A DNA stretch of 64,000 nucleotides, taken from assembly GCA_964549305.1 (NCBI GenBank), contig CAZJVM010000003.1:31380-95379 (forward strand), in the 5' to 3' direction. The notes beneath the pieces are model-generated. The model ran no database searches, was not told where the DNA came from, and saw nothing but the letters and a program-made list of their open reading frames with translations. How positions within the stretch are numbered: the stretch's first letter is position 1; each line of letters starts with the position of its first letter. Made by a program: the position numbers and the translations under genes. This DNA comes from an uncultured bacterium. Its GTDB lineage: Bacteria; Schekmanbacteria; GWA2-38-11; J061. Shown here piece after piece: positions 18,869 through 27,702 of the stretch.

Positions 18869-19999
18869 TTAATTTGTTTCCATTGTTTTTCTGAAAACAT
18901 TCAGAGTTTCTATGGCAGTCCTTCGCCACGAAAACTGTTTTACATGTTCAAGTCCCCCGGAAATCATTTTTTCCCTTAGCGGTTTGTCCTTCATAAGTGC
19001 CTTCATTTTTTCCGCAATGTCGGACACATTGTAAGGGTCCGCAAGCAGTGCGCACCCTCCGGCAACTTCGGGAAGCGCTGAGACCGTTGAAGTTACTACG
19101 GGTGCGCCGCAGGACATTGCTTCTATTACGGGTATTCCGAAAGACTCGTATTTTGACGCGAAAACAAAAAGGTCGGCATTGCGGTAAAGAGGCGGAAGTT
19201 CGTTGTTTGGAATAAATCCGGTAAATATAATGTCTTTTTCCCAGCGGGAAAATTGTGTGCCGAACCAGTCATTTTTTAAAAGAGGCCTTTTGTCTCCTAC
19301 CAAAACAAGCTGATGCTCGATTTTTTCGTTTTCTTTCAGCACCGCGAATGCCTCCACAAGGCCTTTTACATTTTTATGGCTTTTGGTACTTGCCACGGAA
19401 AGCACGAATTTTCCCCTGATTCCGTATTTTTTTCTGATGTCCTCCTTGTGGGGAGTTGATATATTGAAATTTTCCCCCACAGAATAAGGTATTACATCTA
19501 TAAGAGAAGAGTCAGCTTTGAAATAGTCGATTAGCTCTTTCCTGGTATATTGGGAAACAGTGATAATTCTGTCGCTCTTTCTCGAACTTCTCGGAATGAA
19601 AAAGTCGAGAGTCTTCAGGGTTAAATTGTCAAAGTCCCGCGGATGATGAATATATTTTATGCAGTGGATTGTTGTGACGGTTTTACATTTAATATTAAGC
19701 GGAGTGATATAGGCGGGAGAGAAAAGCAAGTCAACTGCTCTTTTTTTTGCCTGAAGCGGCAGAATAAATTGTTCCCAAAGCGTTTTTGAGATGCTTAAAC
19801 CTGATGATACAGGACATTGTATTTTTTCAGCTTTCCAGTTTTTAGAAAGAAATATTTCAAAGTTTTCTTTGTTGCAGAAAATAAAATATTCGTTTTCATT
19901 ATCGATGCGCAAAAGCTCTTCGAGGAGGTTTTCAAGATAAACCTGCATCCCTCCGTATCCTCCGCTCATTGAATATAGCGCGTTGATTCCAATTTTCAT
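18869..19999 (-). CDS. Glycosyltransferase family 4.
   Basis: Classic GT4 block ESFGIPVIEAMSCGAPVVTS. Confidence 0.8.
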   Translation of the reverse strand: MKIGINALYSMSGGYGGMQVYLENLLEELLRIDNENEYFIFCNKENFEIFLSKNWKAEKIQCPVSSGLSISKTLWEQFILPLQAKKRAVDLLFSPAYITPLNIKCKTVTTIHCIKYIHHPRDFDNLTLKTLDFFIPRSSRKSDRIITVSQYTRKELIDYFKADSSLIDVIPYSVGENFNISTPHKEDIRKKYGIRGKFVLSVASTKSHKNVKGLVEAFAVLKENEKIEHQLVLVGDKRPLLKNDWFGTQFSRWEKDIIFTGFIPNNELPPLYRNADLFVFASKYESFGIPVIEAMSCGAPVVTSTVSALPEVAGGCALLADPYNVSDIAEKMKALMKDKPLREKMISGGLEHVKQFSWRRTAIETLNVFRKTMETN

Positions 20000-20133
20000 A
20001 AACTTAAAAGTTCTTCCTCATTAATGTTGAAGTTACTGAATTTTTTTATAATTAGTCCGATTAGCCCTGTTCGAAATTTAAATTTTTTAAAAATTGAGTA
20101 TTCGACATAAATTTTAAATAAAATTATCCACAA

Positions 20134-21564
20134 ATGAAAATACTATTTATAAGCAATCAGCTTCTGGAGTTTACCAATTATGAACCACTGGGAATACTTT
20201 ATCTTTCATCATATCTGAAAAAACACGGACATTTGACGGCTTTTGCAAATTCCCGAATCAAGGAAGTCATTTCCGTAATGGACACTTTCCAGCCCGACAT
20301 AGTCGCCTACAGCGTGACAACGGGAATGCACGGCGATTTGATTTCCTTTAACAGAGAGCTCAAGAAAAGATATGATTTCTTGTCCCTTTTCGGAGGACCG
20401 CACGCGACTTTTTTCCCTCAAATGATAGAAGAAGAAGGAGTTGATGCTGTCTGCGTAGGGGAAGGCGAAGAGGCGATTGGCGAACTTGCCGACAAGATGT
20501 CCCGCAAGGAGGACATATCATCGGTTGAAAATCTTCTCGTAAAAACGTCTTTGGGTATAAAGAAAAACGATGTACGCCATCTCGTTGATGACCTTGATGT
20601 CTATCCATTTCCCGACAGAGAACTGATTTATTCGAAAAACAGCGAAATGAGGGATTCAAAAATAAAATTTTTTATTACAAACCGGGGATGCCCTTTCAAA
20701 TGCACATACTGTTTTAACCACTATTTTCATAAGATTTACGAAGGAAAGGGTAAAATTGTCAGATTAAGGTCCGTTGACAATGTAATAACGGAGATAGAAG
20801 AAGTGAGAGGAAAGTATCCCCTCGACTTTTTGAAGTTTGTGAACGATATTTTTGCCTTTACCGATGAATGGTTAGATGAATTTGCGGATAAGTACAGCAG
20901 AAAAATAGGACTTCCCTTTTACAGCATAGTAAGGGCGAATATGATGACTCCTTACAGGGCGAAGAAACTTCGCGAAGCAGGGTGTGTATCAGTGGCAATG
21001 GGAGTGGAAAGCGGGAATGATTCCATAAGAAACGACATTCTTAAAAGGTCGATGAAAAGAGAGGAAATAACCGAAGCGTGCAGGATGATCAAGGGAGAAG
21101 GGATAAAAATATTTACACAGAATATACTGGGACTTCCCGGTGAAACTTATGACAATGTCCTCGAAACTCTAAAGCTCAATATTGAATGCGCGCCGGACTA
21201 TGCCTGGGTGAGTCTTTACACACCATATCCGAATACGGAACTTGGTGAGAAGGCGCGCGAGATGGGGTTTTTTGACGGAAATATAGATGACTTTCCTGCT
21301 ACATACCATATCGGGTCACCGATGAAGATACCCGATAAAAAGAGAATCGAGAGACTGCAGAAACTCTTTGCCGTGGCAGTTGAGTTTAAAACATTCCGAC
21401 CTCTACTTCCCTATCTTGTTAAAATGCCCGGCGGAAAAATTTATGAATTCATCAGGAAGGTGTGGAAAGGGTATGCATTCAAGAGCAGGATTTATCCCGT
21501 GAAAATGTCTTTTCCGGAACTTTTCAAACAGGCGATAATTTTTATCTTCAGCAAGGGTGGATAA
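20134..21564 (+). CDS. B12-binding radical SAM protein (class B rSAM).
   Basis: N-terminal Rossmann-like B12-binding domain (MKILFISNQ...). CPFKCTYC motif. Confidence 0.8.
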   Translation: MKILFISNQLLEFTNYEPLGILYLSSYLKKHGHLTAFANSRIKEVISVMDTFQPDIVAYSVTTGMHGDLISFNRELKKRYDFLSLFGGPHATFFPQMIEEEGVDAVCVGEGEEAIGELADKMSRKEDISSVENLLVKTSLGIKKNDVRHLVDDLDVYPFPDRELIYSKNSEMRDSKIKFFITNRGCPFKCTYCFNHYFHKIYEGKGKIVRLRSVDNVITEIEEVRGKYPLDFLKFVNDIFAFTDEWLDEFADKYSRKIGLPFYSIVRANMMTPYRAKKLREAGCVSVAMGVESGNDSIRNDILKRSMKREEITEACRMIKGEGIKIFTQNILGLPGETYDNVLETLKLNIECAPDYAWVSLYTPYPNTELGEKAREMGFFDGNIDDFPATYHIGSPMKIPDKKRIERLQKLFAVAVEFKTFRPLLPYLVKMPGGKIYEFIRKVWKGYAFKSRIYPVKMSFPELFKQAIIFIFSKGG

Positions 21565-21570
21565 AACAGA

Positions 21571-22974
21571 TTATCCGAACCACTTTTTTTCCGTTGCCGT
21601 TCGAAGGTCTGATTTTTTTCCCTTGATTATATCCTCTGCCACATTGAGTCCCATTTCAACGGAATGGTCCATATTGTTGTATCTGAAAAGTGCGTTTCTT
21701 CCGAAATAGTGAAGATTGTCAAATCCCTCGAGATAGTCTTTTATTACCGTTACGTGTTGACGGTAGTATATGTCATAAATGGGATAGGCGTGTTTAAGCT
21801 TGCAGAGAAAATAGCTTTCCACATCATTTTCACCTATCAGACCCATTTGCACAAGGTCTTCCGTTACTCTGTCAACGATTCTCTCATCATTCATATTCCA
21901 GATTCTGTCTCCGAAAAAGCAGGTGACTTCGGCGCATATAATTGTCTTTCTCGGGGGCGCGGAGTTTTCGTTGAAATTTTTGAACTCAGAAAACCGGTTG
22001 CTTATAAATTTTCTCTCGGGCATATAAATCCAGTGATTTGCACTCAAACGCGGTCTGTTAACAACAAGATAGACAAAAACGATTGAGCGGAAAAAAAGCT
22101 CTGAGCAGGACTGTTTGATTTTCCCTTCGGGTTCGGGTGTTATGAGAGAAACAAGGTCTGTAAGGGGGATAGTTGAACAGAAATAATCGTATTCTTCCTT
22201 TTTAGGCGATGAGCCGTTTTCATAAGAAATTGAGAGAATTCTATTCTTGTCTGTTTCAATCTCTTTCACTTCAGCGCCCGTAATAACCTTGTTTCCCATA
22301 GCAAGTATTTTCTCTCTGTATTTTTCGCATATCGTCCCTATCCCGCCGTTTTCAGGATAGGAAAATTCAGAGACATAGGTGCGGGGAATATTTTTGGGTC
22401 TAAAAAGCGTTTTCATTATCACATCTGTGAGATTGAGCAGAGTTATCCTCTGTGAGGCATAATCCGCGGATATTTCCGTACAGGCGAGTCCCCAGGTTTT
22501 TTCCGTATATTCCTTGAAAAAAATTTCATAAAGCTTGTTGCCGAATCTCTTGCTTACCCAGTTTTCAAATGAATTGTCGGGAATGGACTGTAATATTATT
22601 TTGGCATAAACATAGTCATAGAAAATTTTAAGAAGTGTAAAGAAGGGCATCTTGGAAATGACATCCATTGCGCTTAAAGGGTAGATGAAATATCTGTTTT
22701 TAAGATATATTTCACTTTTTCTGATTTTCTTGACGGTTTTGTCGTCAAGGACTTCTCTTATATGGTCAACAAGCTCTTTTTTTTCTGAATGAAACCTGTG
22801 GGGTCCAAGGTCGCAGGTGAATTCGCCCTTTTTGAAACTTCGCGCGAGACCTCCCACATAATCTTCTTTTTCGATGACAGTAACGTCAAACCCCGCTTTG
22901 GAAAGTTCATACGCGCAGGTCAATCCCGCGAGCCCGGCGCCTAAAACAGCAACTTTTCTGTTTCTTTTATCCAT
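21571..22974 (-). CDS. FAD-dependent oxidoreductase, UDP-galactopyranose mutase (Glf)-like.
   Basis: N-terminal dinucleotide fold VAVLGAGLAGLTCAYEL...VIEKEDYVGG. LYEIFFKEYTEKTWGL resembles Glf LYEAFFKGYTIKQWGM, and the C-terminal FGRNALFRYNNMD block also matches. It is about 70-100 aa longer than classical Glf. Confidence 0.5.
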   Translation of the reverse strand: MDKRNRKVAVLGAGLAGLTCAYELSKAGFDVTVIEKEDYVGGLARSFKKGEFTCDLGPHRFHSEKKELVDHIREVLDDKTVKKIRKSEIYLKNRYFIYPLSAMDVISKMPFFTLLKIFYDYVYAKIILQSIPDNSFENWVSKRFGNKLYEIFFKEYTEKTWGLACTEISADYASQRITLLNLTDVIMKTLFRPKNIPRTYVSEFSYPENGGIGTICEKYREKILAMGNKVITGAEVKEIETDKNRILSISYENGSSPKKEEYDYFCSTIPLTDLVSLITPEPEGKIKQSCSELFFRSIVFVYLVVNRPRLSANHWIYMPERKFISNRFSEFKNFNENSAPPRKTIICAEVTCFFGDRIWNMNDERIVDRVTEDLVQMGLIGENDVESYFLCKLKHAYPIYDIYYRQHVTVIKDYLEGFDNLHYFGRNALFRYNNMDHSVEMGLNVAEDIIKGKKSDLRTATEKKWFG

Positions 22975-23110
22975 TTTGAGTTAATATAACAGATATAATA
23001 ACTTCAGCAAAACTTTACTTTTAGAAAAATTATTTCGACAATAATCACTAATTTTTCAATGATATTTTTAGTTTGCCGATTGTGTTGTTTTTTAAAAAGG
23101 TAAAATCCCA

Positions 23111-23863
23111 ATGGAAAAAGATGTTTATTCCGAGTTTCTGAATCTCGAAAAAAATCACTGGTGGTTTCTTGGAAGAAGAAGCATTTTCTTTAGCCTTTTG
23201 GATAAATTTTTGGACGGCAGAAAAGATTTGAATATAATCGACGTGGGATGCGGTCCGGGGGAGATGATTGAACCCCTTGAAAAATACGGTAATGTAACTG
23301 CCTGTGATATCACATTCGATGCCCTTGATTTTTGTTCGGAAAGGGGTTTCAACCTGCTTATGCTTGCAGACGGAAGCAGACTTCCCGTTAAGGATGAAAG
23401 TTATGACCTTCTCTCCCTCTTCGATACACTTGAGCATATCGACGATGATGTGTCAGTCCTCAGGGACTCATACCGTGTGCTCAAAGACGGTGCATTCGTG
23501 ATTATAACGCTTCCCGCGTATAATTTTCTTTTCAGCAATAACGACCGCGCGGCACATCATAAAAGGCGTTACAGCGCCGGCGAGATAAGCAGAAAGGCGC
23601 AGGTTGCCGGATTTAATGTAAGAAAGGTTACCTATATCAATACATTTCTTTTCCCGGTGATTTTTTCTGCGCTAATTTTGATAAAAATAAAGGAAGCTAT
23701 TTTTCCTGTTGCAAATCCGGATAAAACGAATATTTCTTTTTCGGTTCCCCAAATAATTAACAGCATACTGGCATCTATTTTTTGTTTTGAAAGCAGGATT
23801 CTCAAGAATATATCATTTCCATTCGGACATTCTCTCGTATGCATAGCGCAAAAGAAAAAATAA
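23111..23863 (+). CDS. Class I SAM-dependent methyltransferase.
   Basis: IIDVGCGPGEM motif I and a LFDTLEHI region, with a hydrophobic C-terminus. Confidence 0.7.
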   Translation: MEKDVYSEFLNLEKNHWWFLGRRSIFFSLLDKFLDGRKDLNIIDVGCGPGEMIEPLEKYGNVTACDITFDALDFCSERGFNLLMLADGSRLPVKDESYDLLSLFDTLEHIDDDVSVLRDSYRVLKDGAFVIITLPAYNFLFSNNDRAAHHKRRYSAGEISRKAQVAGFNVRKVTYINTFLFPVIFSALILIKIKEAIFPVANPDKTNISFSVPQIINSILASIFCFESRILKNISFPFGHSLVCIAQKKK

Positions 23864-25350
23864 TACTTTTTCATCCTCGAACCGCTTTTTCCTCCACCGG
23901 TTCCATCGTGCCTCTTCATCTTCTTGCGGTGTGCAGGCATTTGGACAGCCAAAAATTCGATGTGCTCATAATAAACGGTGAAATGGAGCACGACTACAGG
24001 GAAAAGCTCAAAGAGCATTGCAAGGATGCCCTGTGCATCGGCATCGGATTTATGACCGGATATCAGATTAAACAGGCAATCGAGGCATCTAAGATTGCCC
24101 GTGATGTTAACCCGGGCATAAGGGTTATATGGGGCGGATGGCATCCCTCTGTTTCAACTGAGCAGACTCTCGAACATCCCCTCGCTGACATATTAGTGCG
24201 TGGACAGGGAGATGTTGTTTTCTCCGAACTTGTAAACGCGATTTCCGAAGGAAGGGATATTTCCGCCATAAAGGGACTTGCTTTCAGGAAAAACGGTGCG
24301 ATAACAATAACCGATGATAATTATCTCGAAGATTTAAAATCGTTCGATTCTCTGCCTTTCCAACTTCTTCCTCTCAACGATTATATCAGGGGGACGCGCC
24401 TCGGACTTAGAAATATTCATTACTACTCAAGTCAGGGGTGTCCGTTCAGATGTTCGTTCTGTGCCGATTCCCTTGTTAACAAAAGAAGGTGGGTAAGCAT
24501 CTCAAATGAACAGTTTATCGAAGATGTGAAATTTCTCAGGAAAGAATGCAATATAGATTCGGCAACGGTCATAGACAGTAATTTTTTCGTTGATATGAAA
24601 AGAATCAGAGGGCTTGCAGACCTTCTTGTGAAAGAAAATCTTGGCGTAAAGTATGGCGGTTTGAACGGTCGCGCGGCACAGTTGAAAAAAATTGAAACTT
24701 CCGAATGGAAGCATTTTTCAGAAGCGGGATTCAAAGAACTTTTCGTCGGTGTGGAATCCGCTCTTCAGGAACAGCTGAATTTCATAAAAAAGGATACGAA
24801 GGCGACTGATGTACTCGAACTGGCAGACAACTTAAAGGGTGTTGATATAAGTCTCACTTTTTCTCTTATAATGGGACTGCCAGGGTCTTCAGAGAGAATG
24901 AATGATATATCCGCCGACCTTGACAGGGAACTTGAAAGCGCTTTATCTCTTACGAAAAAGGTATTCGAGGCAAACCCAGGCGCAACTGCCTGGTTTTTCC
25001 TCTATACTCCCTATCCCGGGACTCCGCTTTTTGACAGAAGTGTTGAAAACGGTTTCAAAAAGCCCGTAAGTCTCGAAGAATGGGAGGGGATGGACCTTGG
25101 AAACATAAACATACCGTGGATTTCAAAGACATTCGCAAACAAAGTTTCCTTCTTCACGGAATTCATTTTCTATTTTTTGCTGGAGGAAAGGTTGAATAAT
25201 TTTCTGAAAAGCAAAGGTTCCGTCATGAAAAAAGTTATTTATATCATTTTGCATAACCTTGCCAGATTCAGATGGAAAACCGGTTTTTTCTCATTGCGAT
25301 TTGAGAATTCCCTTGTTAAATTCCTTAGAAAGTTGTCAGGGGGAGTTTAA
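23839..25350 (+). CDS. B12-binding radical SAM protein (class B rSAM), second copy.
   Basis: N-terminal B12-binding domain. CPFRCSFC motif. Overlaps the preceding MTase by 25 nt. Confidence 0.8.
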   Translation: MHSAKEKIILFHPRTAFSSTGSIVPLHLLAVCRHLDSQKFDVLIINGEMEHDYREKLKEHCKDALCIGIGFMTGYQIKQAIEASKIARDVNPGIRVIWGGWHPSVSTEQTLEHPLADILVRGQGDVVFSELVNAISEGRDISAIKGLAFRKNGAITITDDNYLEDLKSFDSLPFQLLPLNDYIRGTRLGLRNIHYYSSQGCPFRCSFCADSLVNKRRWVSISNEQFIEDVKFLRKECNIDSATVIDSNFFVDMKRIRGLADLLVKENLGVKYGGLNGRAAQLKKIETSEWKHFSEAGFKELFVGVESALQEQLNFIKKDTKATDVLELADNLKGVDISLTFSLIMGLPGSSERMNDISADLDRELESALSLTKKVFEANPGATAWFFLYTPYPGTPLFDRSVENGFKKPVSLEEWEGMDLGNINIPWISKTFANKVSFFTEFIFYFLLEERLNNFLKSKGSVMKKVIYIILHNLARFRWKTGFFSLRFENSLVKFLRKLSGGV

Positions 25351-25382
25351 AGGTTTCCGTTAAGAAAAGACATTTTTTTGTC

Positions 25383-26438
25383 TTACGCTTTATGCAAATA
25401 GCTTTTGTCGTATTCCATAAGAATATGAGCGGATGTTTTGATTTTTTCCGACAACGACATTTCCTCAGGTATGGACTTGCCCGTAAGTTTTCTCAGAAGT
25501 TTCGATGCTCTTTTCATCTCATCACCGCCTTTTACGCAGTTTTTAAGGATTTCTTCTGCAGTTTCAAAAAAAAGCGATGTTGAATTAACGGCAAGATTTG
25601 CTCTTTTGCGGGTTTTTAAATTGTAACTTACATACCTGATATAATCATTCACTTTAAAACCACGATTAATTTTTCCCGAGAGTAAATCAAGAAATTTTTC
25701 AGTTGTCTCTTTTGCTTCAGAAATCGGGTAATGCCCCGCGTAATCCCCTTCAAATCTTGAAGCAATTGCGTCGCGGAGAAATCGAGAAAATTCTGAGCTT
25801 ATTTCCCTTTCATACTCTAATGCCTTTTCAGAACATTTTTTAAGACTGTAAAAGTTTTTCCACTCTCCGTAGGAGGCATTGTTTTCTTTAAAGAATAAAA
25901 ATGCCTGAAATGCCTGAATTGCCGATTTTTCAAAATAGGGCATTCCGGAGTCGCCTTCGCTTATTCCCTTGATTAAAAATTTATAGGCCCGTTTCAGGTT
26001 ATTTACCGGTTCCGGAGTCTTCATCTTATCAAGCGTTCTGTCGAGACCGTTCTCTTTTTTTAAAGTTTTTCCCGCAAGTGTGGTGAGATGAAATTTCAGA
26101 GCTTTATCCCAAACAATGATAAATTCGATATCTCTGATAACATTTATCCTTGATTTTAATTGGGCAAGGAGATGGTTTTTCCGCGCGGAAATGCTTTGCC
26201 ATAAGGAATCGAAGACAAGAAAGATATCTACATCGCTTGAAACTTCGCTTTTCCGGTTTTTCTCGATGGTTTTTCCCTCTGCGTAACAAAGACTTCCTCC
26301 GAGAATAATCGAGCATTTAGGGAATTCAGAGGATATTGATTCAACTAATGATTCAATTTCTTTCTTAATTTCATTGTTTAAGGGATTTTCTTTATCAATG
26401 AGAAATGTTTCGGATTGAATCAATTTGCTTTCAGTCAT
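25383..26438 (-). CDS. Hypothetical protein with a Pol-beta-like nucleotidyltransferase-fold motif.
   Basis: GGSLCYAEG...SDVDIFLVF (G[GS]...DxD) near the N-terminus, with a helical C-terminal region. Confidence 0.3.
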   Translation of the reverse strand: MTESKLIQSETFLIDKENPLNNEIKKEIESLVESISSEFPKCSIILGGSLCYAEGKTIEKNRKSEVSSDVDIFLVFDSLWQSISARKNHLLAQLKSRINVIRDIEFIIVWDKALKFHLTTLAGKTLKKENGLDRTLDKMKTPEPVNNLKRAYKFLIKGISEGDSGMPYFEKSAIQAFQAFLFFKENNASYGEWKNFYSLKKCSEKALEYEREISSEFSRFLRDAIASRFEGDYAGHYPISEAKETTEKFLDLLSGKINRGFKVNDYIRYVSYNLKTRKRANLAVNSTSLFFETAEEILKNCVKGGDEMKRASKLLRKLTGKSIPEEMSLSEKIKTSAHILMEYDKSYLHKA

Positions 26439-26538
26439 AAGGTAAATGCCTTGATAAAATATTATGCCTTTATTATAGAAATTATACCGTGTTAATGAAA
26501 TAATAATGACAATAATAAATTAAAAAAGAGAGATAATT

Positions 26539-27687
26539 ATGTCTTCGAAAGTATCCCTTGTATCGTGTGCCGAATATGAAAAGGAAAAAGTTGATTCAGC
26601 GGTAAAGGAAGCAGTAGGCCTTTTAGGCGGAATCGAAAAATTCGTATCAGGCGGAAACAGGGTGCTTATCAAGCCGAATCTCCTTTCGGGAAAACCTCCG
26701 GAAAAAGCCGTAACAACCCATCCTATGGTGCTTGCCGCGGTAATTGATTTGGTAAGGGAGGCGGGAGGCATTCCCGTAGTTGGAGACAGTCCGGCAACGG
26801 AAGGCAAGGGAAGTCTCGAGAAATTCAAAAAGGTTTGCGAAATCACCGGCATTCTCGATGTCGTTGAAAAGAAAGAGGTCGAACTTGCCCATTTCAGCTC
26901 ATCGAGAATCGAAATCGAAAACCCCGAAGGGAAAATATTTAAGAAATTTACTGTTACCGAAGAGATTAAAAAATGTGATGTCCTTATTAATCTTTGTAAG
27001 CTCAAGACGCACGGACTGACGCTTCTCACGGGGGCGGTGAAGAACCTTTTCGGATGCGTGCCGGGGCTTTTAAAGGGACAGCTTCATATGCGCGCCCCCC
27101 ACAGGCCCGAGTTTTCACAGATGCTCGTTGACCTTTATCAGGTTGTAAAGCCCTCGATTAATATAATGGACGCCGTTGTGGGAATGGACGGCAACGGTCC
27201 CGGAAACGGAAACCCGAGAAAAGTGGGGGCAGTCATAGCAAGTATCGATGCAGTCGCGCTGGATTCCGTTGCCTGCCAGATAATCGGAAAAAGCCCCTAT
27301 GCCCTCGACACATGCAAAATTGGGGAATCACAGGGAATAGGTGTCGCGAATCCCCATGAGATAGAAGTGCTTGGAGACGATGTGGGAAAATTTTTAGTAT
27401 CGGACTATGAAGTGCTTGTAGATGATGTTACGGACAAACCACTTATGAGGTTTATTATCGCGCTTATGCGTGAGAGGACAACGGCTAAACCGGTAGTTGA
27501 CAAGAAGAAATGTACAGGGTGTAAAACCTGCCACGTTGCCTGCGTGCCGGAGGCGATAACTATGGCCGATGGCTATCCGGTGATGGATTACGATAAATGT
27601 ATAAAATGTTACTGTTGTCACGAAGTTTGTCCCGAAGGAGCAATCAACCTTAAAAAAGGGCTTCTTTACAGGCTGCTTTCAAGATAA
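26539..27687 (+). CDS. DUF362-family protein with a C-terminal 2x[4Fe-4S] ferredoxin domain.
   Basis: CTGCKTCHVACVPEAI and CIKCYCCHEVCPEGAI ferredoxin motifs after a DUF362-like body. Confidence 0.65.
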   Translation: MSSKVSLVSCAEYEKEKVDSAVKEAVGLLGGIEKFVSGGNRVLIKPNLLSGKPPEKAVTTHPMVLAAVIDLVREAGGIPVVGDSPATEGKGSLEKFKKVCEITGILDVVEKKEVELAHFSSSRIEIENPEGKIFKKFTVTEEIKKCDVLINLCKLKTHGLTLLTGAVKNLFGCVPGLLKGQLHMRAPHRPEFSQMLVDLYQVVKPSINIMDAVVGMDGNGPGNGNPRKVGAVIASIDAVALDSVACQIIGKSPYALDTCKIGESQGIGVANPHEIEVLGDDVGKFLVSDYEVLVDDVTDKPLMRFIIALMRERTTAKPVVDKKKCTGCKTCHVACVPEAITMADGYPVMDYDKCIKCYCCHEVCPEGAINLKKGLLYRLLSR

Positions 27688-27702
27688 AGAGAGAGAAAAG
27701 AA

